Both the position numbers and the translations under genes were made by a program. The notes beneath the pieces are model-generated. The model made no database searches. It had not been told where the DNA came from and saw only the letters and a program-made list of their open reading frames with translations. A stretch of 64,000 nucleotides of DNA from a bacterium (lineage in GTDB: Bacteria > SAR324 > XYD2-FULL-50-16 > G965216635): NCBI GenBank assembly GCA_965216635.1, contig OZ244188.1:960001-1024000 (forward strand), in the 5' to 3' direction. Below are positions 50,860 through 63,799 of the stretch, piece after piece (positions within the stretch are counted from its first letter, which is position 1; every line of letters begins with the position of its first letter).

Positions 50860-52323
50860 TCAAAGTTTGCTATAACTTCGCCAGAAGTTAGGAACAAATA
50901 AAATAATCACAGTAAAAAGTTCTAGTCTTCCCATAAGCATATTTATAGATAAAATTATTTTAGAAAAAGTGCTTAAATCGGCAAAGGTATTTGAGGGTCC
51001 TACTTCTCCAAAACCTGGTCCTACGTTGCTGATACAAGAAAGCACACTAGTTATAGTAGTTACAAAGTCTTCAGTTTCAAGAGATACCAAAAAAATAGAA
51101 GCTGTGAGTATTAAAAGATGAATAAACAAAAAAGAAATTACTTTAGAAATAATTTCTTCGTCTAAATGTTGTTTGTTTATTTTGATATTCATCACAAGTC
51201 TAGGATGCACCAAACGAGCAAGTTCTCGATAGATATATTTTACTAAGACAAAAATCCGAATTGCTTTCACGCCTCCACTCGTGCTCGCAGAACAACCTCC
51301 CATAATTATCAAAAACATTAAAAATAATTGCGGGGAGAGGGGCCATAATCCATAATCTGTGACAGTAAAACCTGAAGTGGTTATTAAGGATACAATACTA
51401 AAAATGGCACTGCGAAAAGTAAATCCTTGTTGATCTTCTTGACTAAAAGTTAAAAAAATGAAAATTGTGAATACAATAAAAATAATAAAAAAAAATAATA
51501 ATTCACTGTCTAGGTAAGGTTTTAAAGATTTTCTAGTGAGTACATTGTAGTGAAGTGTGTAGTTTATACTAGAAAAAAGCATAAAAAAAATCATTATTCC
51601 TTCAATCAATGAGCTATTAAAAAAAGCAATGCTGTTATTTTTTGTGCTAAAACCAGCAGTGGATATAGTCGTAAAAGCGTGATTGAGACTATCAAACCAA
51701 TCCATTCCTGCAAAAAATAAAGCAATAAAAAGTAGTAGCGTTAAAACTAAGTAAAAACTCCACAAAAATTTTGAGGTCTGGCGAATAGTAGGAGTCAGCT
51801 TTTGTGCGGAAAGTCCGGGAGATTCTGCTTGATAAATATTGAGGCTGGTATTTGTAAAATGGAGATAGGGAATGATAGCGACAACTAAAACTATAATTCC
51901 CATGCCGCCAACCCACTGTGTAGTGCTTCTCCAAAGTAAAATGGCAGGAGGCAATGATTCAATATCTTTAAAAATTGTAGCTCCAGTGGTCGTAAAGCCG
52001 CTGGTAGATTCAAAAAATGCATCTATAAAATCTATAGGTAAAGCAATAAAATAAGGTAAAGATCCAAAAAAGGCACAGAGCAACCAACTTAAAGTAACTA
52101 AAATACAACCATCAAAAAAACTTATTCTTTTTTGATAATTCGGGAAAAAAAATAAACCCAATCCAGCAAGGAAGGAAGAAAAAATAGCCACGCCGAAGGC
52201 TTCAATATCTAAAATGGAAGGTAGTGTTTTGAATAGGCTGAGTAGAAAGGAAAAAAGCATAGCACCTGAAAGCACCATCAATATAAATCCTAATGGTTTA
52301 ATTAAGGCTGAAAATTTTTTCAT
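50860..52323 (-). CDS. trkH: Trk potassium uptake permease
   Basis: FFESTSGFTTTGA, TISTAGFS, GGCSASTSGG.K, SNVGPG, GRLE. Confidence 0.95.
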   Translation of the reverse strand: MKKFSALIKPLGFILMVLSGAMLFSFLLSLFKTLPSILDIEAFGVAIFSSFLAGLGLFFFPNYQKRISFFDGCILVTLSWLLCAFFGSLPYFIALPIDFIDAFFESTSGFTTTGATIFKDIESLPPAILLWRSTTQWVGGMGIIVLVVAIIPYLHFTNTSLNIYQAESPGLSAQKLTPTIRQTSKFLWSFYLVLTLLLFIALFFAGMDWFDSLNHAFTTISTAGFSTKNNSIAFFNSSLIEGIMIFFMLFSSINYTLHYNVLTRKSLKPYLDSELLFFFIIFIVFTIFIFLTFSQEDQQGFTFRSAIFSIVSLITTSGFTVTDYGLWPLSPQLFLMFLIIMGGCSASTSGGVKAIRIFVLVKYIYRELARLVHPRLVMNIKINKQHLDEEIISKVISFLFIHLLILTASIFLVSLETEDFVTTITSVLSCISNVGPGFGEVGPSNTFADLSTFSKIILSINMLMGRLELFTVIILFVPNFWRSYSKL

Positions 52324-53697
52324 CTATAAATTGGGTTTTATTTTCTGTAATACCTTGTTTCTATCTTTTTTATTAACACTAACAATAATTTTATCTCTCA
52401 AATGGAATTTGTAAGCACTGGTATTAAAAATTATTTTTTTATTTCTATAAACTGCTTCTAAAACAATACTATCTTCATCAAGATTTAGGCTACCTATAAC
52501 TTCTTTGAAAGGATAACCTTGTAGACCGGGGTAATCTATAACCAATTCTAACATTTCCATAGAAGTGTTCTGAATATTATAATATTTTAAAATTTTTTTG
52601 CTATAAATAAAATGTCCCAAAAAACGAGCGGTCAATACATGCGAGCATACAGAGCGAATATCTTTTTCAGAAAAAAAATTCAGTATAGCTTGATAAGATG
52701 GTTCTTCTACCAAACAAATCAACTGTTTTAAGGGCTGATCGTAAACCAAAAAACAAGAACTAACATTACTAGCGACATCTTTATTGACCGCAACAAAAAT
52801 ATCAGCGTGTTCTATATTTTCATCTAATAATCCTTGTTTGTCTAAAGAAGAGAGATTGAGAACCATAATATCATCAAATTTTTCTGCTAGCCAACGACAT
52901 CTTTCTATATCAGGTTCCACAATTTTCACATGAAAATTAAAACTAGAGTCATTTAAAATTTTCGCTAAGTTATACCCGTCTTCGCCTCCACCAGCAATTA
53001 CAATATTGCTTTTTTCATCTCTATAATACCCCAATATTTTTCTTAGCTGCCTTAAATTTCTTTTAGAACAGAAAAAATACACAACATCTCCTTTTTGCAA
53101 AATATCCGTAGTTTTAACTCTGCAAAACTGACCTTCTCTTTGGATGCCAACGGGAACAATAGAGTTTTCTCGGAGTTTTTTAGAAATAGAATTGATTGAT
53201 TGGTTGCAAATTTTACAAAAATCAAGAATATTAAACCCTATCATACTTAAACTGTTATCAAAAAACCAAAATTGTTCTATAGAATTAGGAGTTTCTATAT
53301 GTCTTGTGATTTCTCTTGCAAGTAGTTCAGATGGATTAACAATAAAATATTTGCCTAATTCTGTTTCTAGACTTTCCTGAGCTTCTTCTAGTTTTAAGTG
53401 TTGGTTGCGACAAACAATATGGGGTACCTTGTATTCTGAAACGGTTTTACAAGCAATAAGATTGGTTTCATCAGAGGCTGTGACTGCAAAAAAAAGTTCT
53501 GTATTTTTAAAAAAAGATTGATTGAATAATTCAGAGTGGTTAAAATCCTCTTGAATCGTTGTAATCAATTGTTTGTTTTTAAAAAGCTCCAAAGCCTGCG
53601 CAGATTTATCAATTAGGGTGACTTTGAGACATTCTCTTTCACAAAACTCCATAAAATGAGAGCCCACATTACCAGCTCCTAAAACTACAATTTTCAT
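52324..53697 (-). CDS. trkA: Trk potassium uptake regulator
   Basis: Two RCK domains (GAGNVG, GGG..G). Confidence 0.88.
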   Translation of the reverse strand: MKIVVLGAGNVGSHFMEFCERECLKVTLIDKSAQALELFKNKQLITTIQEDFNHSELFNQSFFKNTELFFAVTASDETNLIACKTVSEYKVPHIVCRNQHLKLEEAQESLETELGKYFIVNPSELLAREITRHIETPNSIEQFWFFDNSLSMIGFNILDFCKICNQSINSISKKLRENSIVPVGIQREGQFCRVKTTDILQKGDVVYFFCSKRNLRQLRKILGYYRDEKSNIVIAGGGEDGYNLAKILNDSSFNFHVKIVEPDIERCRWLAEKFDDIMVLNLSSLDKQGLLDENIEHADIFVAVNKDVASNVSSCFLVYDQPLKQLICLVEEPSYQAILNFFSEKDIRSVCSHVLTARFLGHFIYSKKILKYYNIQNTSMEMLELVIDYPGLQGYPFKEVIGSLNLDEDSIVLEAVYRNKKIIFNTSAYKFHLRDKIIVSVNKKDRNKVLQKIKPNL

Positions 53698-53862
53698 AGT
53701 TATTCTATTTTTTGAGAATTAAATTGAACCAGTTTTTATTTGAGTTGCCATTCTTTTATTTTTTTTTCCATAGAAATTATAAACTACTACTTTTTTTAAA
53801 AAATAAAAAATCAAAAAAGATTGGGGGTAAGTAAAACGAGAATTTTAGATGAAACCTTTGAA

Positions 53863-54093
53863 TTAGGCTGCATCGTTGCCAATGGCTTCTACAGGACAAG
53901 ACTCGTAGGCTTCTTGGCAAGCATTTTCTTCTTCTAGGTTGGTAGGTTGTTTGTAGACAATATCGTGGTCTTGGGCAAGACTATGGCAAAAATTTTGAGG
54001 AGAAATTTCGGAGCACAAACCACAATCTATACAGTCATGATCCACATAGTATTTTCCAGCAACATTATCTTCGTAGCGGTTTTGGTTTGACAT
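53863..54093 (-). CDS. Ferredoxin
   Basis: CIDCGLC...CPVEAIG. Confidence 0.9.
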   Translation of the reverse strand: MSNQNRYEDNVAGKYYVDHDCIDCGLCSEISPQNFCHSLAQDHDIVYKQPTNLEEENACQEAYESCPVEAIGNDAA

Positions 54094-54105
54094 AATTCAA
54101 ACTCC

Positions 54106-54510
54106 TTATTGTTTGATATTTACTAATTGCTGGCGAGTTTGTGAACGGTGAATTTTATTTTTTAATTTTTCTTGGATTACGATTTCAACTTTTTCTGTTT
54201 CTATAGCTACCATTTTTTTCAATGCGTTTTTTTCTGCCAATTTAGCTCTTTCTAAATCTACTTTTTCTTCGCAAAGTTTTACAGCAATGGAAACTTTATC
54301 CGATTTTACTTGAACAAATCCATGATGCACCGCAAAACAACTTTTTTCTCCTTGATTTTGAATACAAAGTACTCCAGAGCGGATAATACTTAAAAGATTA
54401 GCATGCCCTGTAAGTATACCTATTTCTCCAGCTAGTGTGGAAATAACTACTTCCTCTGCCTCTTTTTTGAGTAGTTTTTTCTGTGGAGTTATTAATTCTA
54501 CTTTTAACAT
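54106..54510 (-). CDS. atpC: ATP synthase F1 epsilon subunit
   Basis: VELITP, GEIGIL.GHA, GF..V, VD.ERA..A. Confidence 0.93.
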   Translation of the reverse strand: MLKVELITPQKKLLKKEAEEVVISTLAGEIGILTGHANLLSIIRSGVLCIQNQGEKSCFAVHHGFVQVKSDKVSIAVKLCEEKVDLERAKLAEKNALKKMVAIETEKVEIVIQEKLKNKIHRSQTRQQLVNIKQ

Positions 54511-54555
54511 ACGCTATATTATTTTTTGGATAATTTTTTTTTCATTTTTCTGTCA

Positions 54556-55029
54556 TTACTCTAATCCTATTCTCCCTAGATAATTACAAAATCTTTGAGA
54601 TAATAATTCACGATGCAAAGTAACTAGGGTCGCAACATATCTTTGAGCTTGATCTAAAATAAAATTTTTTTCAAATGTATAATAACGTTTAAAATCAATT
54701 ACTAATGCTTTTAATTTTAAATTTTCTCCAAAGTAATGAAATCTAGCAAGTTCATTATCTTTTAATAATTTTTTTTTTGTATTCCCTTGAATAGGACTCA
54801 TGGTATTTCCCTCTATATAACTTCCGTCTATAACGAATTCACATTCATACATAGGCAATAACATAATACTTGGTAAATTAAAATTATTTAAGGAATGCTC
54901 AATATCACACGATTGTGAAATAATAATAGATTTTGACAGAGTTAATCTTTTTTCATCAGATAAGTCTATTTCTAATTCTTTCAATATTGTTCCTTGTGTT
55001 ATTTTTTTATTTACATCATATTCATACAT
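54556..55029 (-). CDS. Divergent MazF/PemK-fold protein (SQSCD motif), toxin candidate
   Basis: QG.I, IIISQSCD, I.LLP, LVIDF, ATL...RELL.QRF..YLGR follows the spacing of the MazF/CcdB fold. Confidence 0.55.
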   Translation of the reverse strand: MYEYDVNKKITQGTILKELEIDLSDEKRLTLSKSIIISQSCDIEHSLNNFNLPSIMLLPMYECEFVIDGSYIEGNTMSPIQGNTKKKLLKDNELARFHYFGENLKLKALVIDFKRYYTFEKNFILDQAQRYVATLVTLHRELLSQRFCNYLGRIGLE

Positions 55030-55040
55030 AATAAATATAA

Positions 55041-55277
55041 TTATCCCATTTTTCTATCGTATTTAGATTTTGGAAGTATAGTAGGATTTGTTGGAAAAAA
55101 TGTAGCAAAAATTTCATTTCTACAATTAGTCGTGGTTTTATCAATAAAATAAATAAAATTATAACGCTCTATTTCCTCTTTTTTTGCCTCTACAGGCTCT
55201 CTTCTTATATTATACCTGTTATACTCATTCTCGTTAAGTCTCCAAAGGTCTAAATCTTTACCTACTAATTTATTCAT
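55041..55277 (-). CDS. Small hypothetical protein (antitoxin candidate)
   Basis: 78 aa; about 11-12 bp from each neighbour, same strand. Confidence 0.5.
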   Translation of the reverse strand: MNKLVGKDLDLWRLNENEYNRYNIRREPVEAKKEEIERYNFIYFIDKTTTNCRNEIFATFFPTNPTILPKSKYDRKMG

Positions 55278-55289
55278 ATTTTTTTATTT

Positions 55290-56030
55290 TTAAGTTTGCA
55301 ATTCTTTCTTTAAAGAACTTGTAATGCTTTTAAAGAAAAGTGATTCAATTATCTCATGCATAGCATCTAATTTCTTATCAACTTCATTTTCATTCACATT
55401 CAAACAAACAGCATCATAATCTAAAAGAAAATTTTCTTTTTCTAGTGGTGATGGATAATTTTCATTATAATTTCCAAATAAAAAAGTAGTATCAATACTA
55501 TTATCATCATTTCGATAACTGAGTCTATTTAAGTTTATAGATTTTTGAAACATTGAAGATTTACGATTTTTTGATATAAAATCAAAAAACTTATTATTAG
55601 ATAGTAAATATTCGTGGACACATTTTTTCAAATTGCCTTTTAGTATATTTATATATCTAAAGCCTATTCTACTAACATACTTGAATGAAGGTTCTTTTTT
55701 TAAAATTTTTAATGCTTCTAAAAACCGTGTTTTTAAGTTTTCATACCCTATATACTTCTTAAATTCAAAAAAACAAAACACATCACTAACACCAAAATTA
55801 TTATTTTTATTATCAAAATATTTATAAACAGGAAAATTTCTTTGGTCAAGTATTCTCCTATTATTCAAAAAAACTTCCTTAGTCTCTGTGTTTTGTTCTA
55901 CTATGTTTTTTTCTGGGTATTTTTTATGAAAAGTCTCTTCAAATTCTTTATGAGTAAATCTCTTAATCTGCTCAAAATCAATTTTTAAAATAACTGAATC
56001 TAAATAATGTTGGTTAGTAGATAAATTCAC
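55290..56030 (-). CDS. TIGR04255-family protein
   Basis: L.SVI..IDF, Y.GY..L, RIGFRYIN, FLLDYD, LD.MH..I...F...IT. Confidence 0.8.
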   Translation of the reverse strand: MNLSTNQHYLDSVILKIDFEQIKRFTHKEFEETFHKKYPEKNIVEQNTETKEVFLNNRRILDQRNFPVYKYFDNKNNNFGVSDVFCFFEFKKYIGYENLKTRFLEALKILKKEPSFKYVSRIGFRYINILKGNLKKCVHEYLLSNNKFFDFISKNRKSSMFQKSINLNRLSYRNDDNSIDTTFLFGNYNENYPSPLEKENFLLDYDAVCLNVNENEVDKKLDAMHEIIESLFFKSITSSLKKELQT

Positions 56031-56063
56031 TGTGGTTTATATTTTTTAAGTTAATTTTATTAG

Positions 56064-56229
56064 TGAGCTTTGAATTAGTATTATGTGACGGCTAGGCAAG
56101 GCGTGAAAGTTTTTTATGACGCAGGAATACAAAAAGTATTTTGAGGAATAAAAAACTTGAACAACGCTGCATAGTCTAAACATAGTGTTCGTTCATTTTT
56201 TTTAACGCCGTATAGGCAAACTAGAATGT

Positions 56230-56232
<3 letters not shown>
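56064..56232. mobile_element. Diverged MITE-like element at the atpD 3' end
   Basis: gagctttgaattagtattatgtgacggctaggcaaggcg ... gaatgtcta; the final cta is the atpD TAG stop. Confidence 0.75.
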
Positions 56233-57660
<1,428 letters not shown>

Positions 57661-57668
57661 TTATATGA

Positions 57669-58634
57669 TTAATTCGCTTTAACAGTGTCAATCAAAAACT
57701 TATAAAATTCTTCTGCTTTATCGTAATACTCTTTTTGAAGAAATGAAAATGGAAAACTTTTATTTTCTACAACATCAGGACTTACAGTAGGGCTGTAATT
57801 CTCACTTGTTACTTTTGTGGCTTCTCTTTTCATTTCTAGTTTGGCTAAAATACTTGCCATTTCTTCTCTATCTTTTTTTTCTAAAGCAGATATTTTTTTT
57901 CCAAATTCACTTTTAACATAAATTTCTCCATCCGTGTCGGGACTAATAGCTTTTAATTCATTTAGCAGATTTTCTAATTTTTTTAATTTTTTGTTGTATT
58001 CAATAGAATAGTCTCTTAAAAAAACTTTTAATACCATCAAAATTTCACTGAAGCTCAGACTCTCTTGAAAGGCTACCTGTTTGATTTTAATGAGTTCTTT
58101 TTGCTCTAGTGTTTTTATAAAATTTTCTTGCAGTATATGATAAAAAGCATCCTGTTGTATATCGTAATCATTGGTATAAGGAAATCTCATATAGTTTATT
58201 AATTTCTTTTTATTATTTTCAAAAACAACATCCGCTTGAATTTTTTTTGAAATTTTTTCACCCTCATCGGATAACTGCAAAGGTGATTGGGATTTTAACA
58301 AACCTTTTTCTTTAAGAACAACTACTAGAGAAGTCAATTCTCTCGCTATTTCAGAGATTGTCGTAATGGTCGCTTCAAATTTTTCATTTATTCTATCAAA
58401 TTTTCTATCTACAGCATCAAATTTTCTATTAAAGGTAGCATTGTTCTCTTCAAATTTTCTATTAAAGGTAGCATTGTTCTCTTCAAATTTTCTATTAAAG
58501 GTAGCATTGTTCTCTTCAAATTTTTTATAAAACATTAGTTTTATAGAAAGTAGCAAGATAATAGCTAAAAGTATAAAAATAACACTATCCCCTGTTATAC
58601 CTGTAATCTGCAAAAAGTTAATTATGTTTTGCAT
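57669..58634 (-). CDS. Membrane-anchored coiled-coil repeat hypothetical protein inserted between atpG and atpD
   Basis: N-terminal TM; (KFEENNATFNR)x3; SPLQLS.EG motif. Confidence 0.75.
   Translation of the reverse strand: MQNIINFLQITGITGDSVIFILLAIILLLSIKLMFYKKFEENNATFNRKFEENNATFNRKFEENNATFNRKFDAVDRKFDRINEKFEATITTISEIARELTSLVVVLKEKGLLKSQSPLQLSDEGEKISKKIQADVVFENNKKKLINYMRFPYTNDYDIQQDAFYHILQENFIKTLEQKELIKIKQVAFQESLSFSEILMVLKVFLRDYSIEYNKKLKKLENLLNELKAISPDTDGEIYVKSEFGKKISALEKKDREEMASILAKLEMKREATKVTSENYSPTVSPDVVENKSFPFSFLQKEYYDKAEEFYKFLIDTVKAN
58417..58524. repeat. 33-bp exact tandem repeat, three full copies plus a partial
   Basis: tcaaattttctattaaaggtagcattgttctct at 58417, 58450, 58483. Confidence 0.95.
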
Positions 58635-58647
58635 ATTTTAAAAATTC

Positions 58648-59571
58648 CTAATTGATAGATTCTGCTCCAGAAATAATTTCTGTTAGCTCTGTTGTAATGT
58701 TTGCTTGTCTCGCTCTGTTGTATTGGATTTGCAATTTGCTAATTAAATCATTAGCGTTATTCGTGGCAGAATCCATAACCCGCATCCTAGAAGCATGCTC
58801 GCAAGCAAAATTATCCAAAAGACAAAGATAGCAAAGGTTTTCAAGGTAGGTCGGGATGAGCTGTTCACAGACTTCTTTAGTGGAGGGTTCAAAAATAAAA
58901 TCTGCTAATTCTGTGTTTTCGTCCTTCTTTTTATTTACAATTTGCTCTGACTCTGTTCTTTCTGTATTTGGTTTTTCTGGTTCTGTTGGGAGTGCTAAAG
59001 GTAGCAATTTTTGAATACAAGGCTCTTGTGTAATAGCAGATTTGAAATAATTAAAAGCAAGGTAAATTGCTTTGTATTCTCCGTTTAAAAAATCTCTGAT
59101 CAGACTTTGGGCTGATTTTGGCACCTCTTGTTTGAGAATATTTTCTTTTAATCTATAATGCCCGTTTTGAATAGAAAAATCTTTGCTCTGAAAAAAATCT
59201 TTCCCTTTTTTTCCGATGATGAATAATTCCGGGTTAAGCTGTTTTTCGCTCATAAAACTCTCCAATTTTTTGCACAAACTAGAATTTAAAGCACCGCAAA
59301 GTCCTCTATCCGAAGTATAGAGTAAAATTGCTACTTTTTGATCCGCTTGTTCTGTTTCTTCCTTTTCTAAAAAGACCTCTAAATGCTCAACTGCTTTTTG
59401 TTGTAAAGATAAAACCATTTCTTTAAGGGCTTGGTTATAATACCTACTATTTTCTATGTCTAGTCTAGCACGGTGCAATTTAGACGCAGAAATCATAGTC
59501 ATAGCTCTCGTGATCTTCTGTGTGTTTTGAACGGAAACTATTCTTTTACGAATTTCTTTAAGGTTTGCCAT
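58648..59571 (-). CDS. atpG: ATP synthase F1 gamma subunit
   Basis: MANLKEIRKRI.SV..T.KIT.AM, DRGLCG, YNRARQA.IT.EL.EI; start ATG 59571. Confidence 0.97.
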   Translation of the reverse strand: MANLKEIRKRIVSVQNTQKITRAMTMISASKLHRARLDIENSRYYNQALKEMVLSLQQKAVEHLEVFLEKEETEQADQKVAILLYTSDRGLCGALNSSLCKKLESFMSEKQLNPELFIIGKKGKDFFQSKDFSIQNGHYRLKENILKQEVPKSAQSLIRDFLNGEYKAIYLAFNYFKSAITQEPCIQKLLPLALPTEPEKPNTERTESEQIVNKKKDENTELADFIFEPSTKEVCEQLIPTYLENLCYLCLLDNFACEHASRMRVMDSATNNANDLISKLQIQYNRARQANITTELTEIISGAESIN

Positions 59572-59590
59572 TGTTAGTTTTTTACTGTAT

Positions 59591-59980
59591 TTATCCCCAA
59601 AGCCGTTTGATCTGCAGCCGAATAGATTTGTCTGCAATTCTAGTAAATCTATACCTTTGTTTATAAAGAATAGGTACAGCTACATTGTTAATAGTTACTC
59701 TAATACCTAATGTGTTTGTACTGTAACTAAATTTTTTTTTATCAGCACTAGTAAAGTCTTTATTCATAATAGTAATATCCTGCGGTGTTGCCTCTGCTCT
59801 TCCAATATGTTTAATTTGATAACCATCCGCTATAGCAATCAAATCTCCTTCTTGGACACTACTAAAGTTTCTTGTACTTCTATAAGCAAAAACAATTTCA
59901 TACTTTAAAAAAACATCCATAATAGAAAACTTTTTGTTTCCTTGAGAATGCCAATTTGAACCTACTTTCCAAATTTCCAT
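59591..59980 (-). CDS. Hypothetical protein, EVE/PUA-like (McrB N-terminal-type) domain
   Basis: IWKVG..W ... F..V..GDLIAI..G..I..IG pattern. Confidence 0.45.
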   Translation of the reverse strand: MEIWKVGSNWHSQGNKKFSIMDVFLKYEIVFAYRSTRNFSSVQEGDLIAIADGYQIKHIGRAEATPQDITIMNKDFTSADKKKFSYSTNTLGIRVTINNVAVPILYKQRYRFTRIADKSIRLQIKRLWG

Positions 59981-60047
59981 AGTTTTTATATTAAATTAAG
60001 CTATTGAACTGGTTAAAATCTTTTTAGGAAAAACTAAAGCTATTTCC

Positions 60048-60188
60048 TCATTCAAAGGTAATAAAAGCTACAATGCCAATAATAGTAGCCCAAGTATGAA
60101 TCCAACCTATGTTTCTATTTTTGGTAGAATTTAATAATTTTTTATCACTTTTACCTATTTTTATTTTTTTTAGGTGTGGAGGATTCAT
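60048..60188 (-). pseudogene. Truncated basic/TM protein downstream of Panacea
   Basis: Hand translation MNPPHLKKIKIGKSDKKLLNSTKNRNIGWIHTWATIIGIVAFITFE*; layout like 1358..1669 but stops next to the direct repeat. Confidence 0.55.
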
Positions 60189-60680
60189 TTAAGCCAATAC
60201 TTCCTTTTTAAAATATTCTTTTATTACTTCAGCATCAATTTCAATATTTATTTTTCCTTCTTCATAGAATTTATCCCAAGGAGTGCCCGTATCGTGTGTT
60301 CTATCTATTAACTCTCCCGTAGGCATATCACCATATTCTTCCTTGATAACCTTTAGAGTTTCAAATGCTTCTTCATCGTCCTCATCTATCATAGGATAAA
60401 TGAGCTTATCTTTGACTGGGTTATGAATATAAGAAAGCTCTTTAATTTTGCCGTAGCTATATTTTTTAAACTCGTGGTAGATAGAAGGAATCACGGGACC
60501 CAAACGCCAAGCCTGTATAGGCTCTTTAAACAAAATTCTATTGTAATAAGCGTAAGCCACTCCAAAAGCAAGATAGACAAATTTATTGAGTCTAATATTA
60601 TCTACATAATCTAAATTATCTATAAAGTAATTCGCCAGATGTGCTGGAGTATAATATTTGTTTTCTTTTTTTTTAGTCAT
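60189..60680 (-). CDS. Panacea (DUF4065) antitoxin; close paralog of 1666..2181
   Basis: HLANYFIDNL.YVDNIRLNK.VYL.FGVA...IQAWR.GPVIPSIYHEFKKY shared with the first copy. Confidence 0.87.
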   Translation of the reverse strand: MTKKKENKYYTPAHLANYFIDNLDYVDNIRLNKFVYLAFGVAYAYYNRILFKEPIQAWRLGPVIPSIYHEFKKYSYGKIKELSYIHNPVKDKLIYPMIDEDDEEAFETLKVIKEEYGDMPTGELIDRTHDTGTPWDKFYEEGKINIEIDAEVIKEYFKKEVLA

Positions 60681-60707
60681 TTTTCAAAATTTAAGTTTCT
60701 CCATAAT

Positions 60708-61670
60708 TTAAGAAATTATTAAAGGTAAAATCTTTTTAGGAAAAACTAAAGCTATTCCATAAGATAAGGCAATAAAAAACACAAAGAAACAATGTTTAGT
60801 ATGAAATACATTATATTTTTTTTTAATTCTGCCGAGAGAAAAATTTATTTTAATAAGTGGTAAATAACATATTAGAAAAAGCCACTGATACCAATATAAA
60901 AATCTATAACTACTAGCCAAAATAAAAAAAGCTAAACTAACAAGAATAATTATTTTTTGATATAATTTTGCTTTTTTTTCTCCTAATCTAATAGCAATAG
61001 TTTTTCGTCCTCCTTTCTTATCAGACTTTATATCGCGAATATTGTTTAAATTGATTGCTGAGACAGCTAAAGTTCCTATAGCGATAGATTCTAAAAATAA
61101 AAAGTGATTGTAATTTAAGGTCAATAAAAAATAGCTTCCAATCACACCAACGGGTCCCTCAAAAATAAATATAGAAATATCTCCCAATCCAGTTTTACTA
61201 TGAGGAGTTATTCCTAAACTATATTTTAGAGCTGCCCATAAGCAAAGCAATCCAATCAAAAACCATAGCCAGAAATAAAAAGATGTTATACTCTTAAAAG
61301 AAAAAAATAAAAGGACTACGCTTAGAAATATACAAAAAATTACTGCTGCAATGATTATAGTTTTTATTGCTTTAGCAGAAATTTTTCCTGATCCAAATAT
61401 TCTTTCAGGTCCTATTCTATTTTTACCATCTATTCCTCTTATACCATCTCCGTAATCATTCGCCACAGATGCTACAAATTCTAAACAGGCGGCTGTTAGC
61501 AAAAGCAAAATACTCAGTTTCCAAGAAAAAAATCCATCCTCAAGGGCTAAAAAAATGCCTATTACAATAGAAGAAATAATTGTTAATATAAATTGAACTC
61601 TAATTAACTTCAAATAAACTAATTTTTTACTTAAGTTAATAATTTTAAATTTTTTTATTTCTAAAAACAC
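60708..61670 (-). CDS. menA: 1,4-dihydroxy-2-naphthoate prenyltransferase (UbiA family)
   Basis: ANDYGDG..G.D...RIGP, GLGD, NNIRD..SD...G.KT.A.RLG; start uncertain. Confidence 0.85.
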   Translation of the reverse strand: MFLEIKKFKIINLSKKLVYLKLIRVQFILTIISSIVIGIFLALEDGFFSWKLSILLLLTAACLEFVASVANDYGDGIRGIDGKNRIGPERIFGSGKISAKAIKTIIIAAVIFCIFLSVVLLFFSFKSITSFYFWLWFLIGLLCLWAALKYSLGITPHSKTGLGDISIFIFEGPVGVIGSYFLLTLNYNHFLFLESIAIGTLAVSAINLNNIRDIKSDKKGGRKTIAIRLGEKKAKLYQKIIILVSLAFFILASSYRFLYWYQWLFLICYLPLIKINFSLGRIKKKYNVFHTKHCFFVFFIALSYGIALVFPKKILPLIIS

Positions 61671-61703
61671 ACAATTTAGCTGGCTTTTTTTTGCTGGTTT
61701 TAC

Positions 61704-63795
<2,092 letters not shown>

Positions 63796-63799
<4 letters not shown>

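Larger units (their letters stand above)
60014..60756. mobile_element. 712-bp insertion bounded by a 31-bp direct repeat of the menA 3' end
   Basis: taaaatctttttaggaaaaactaaagctatt at 60014..60044 and 60726..60756. Confidence 0.8.
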
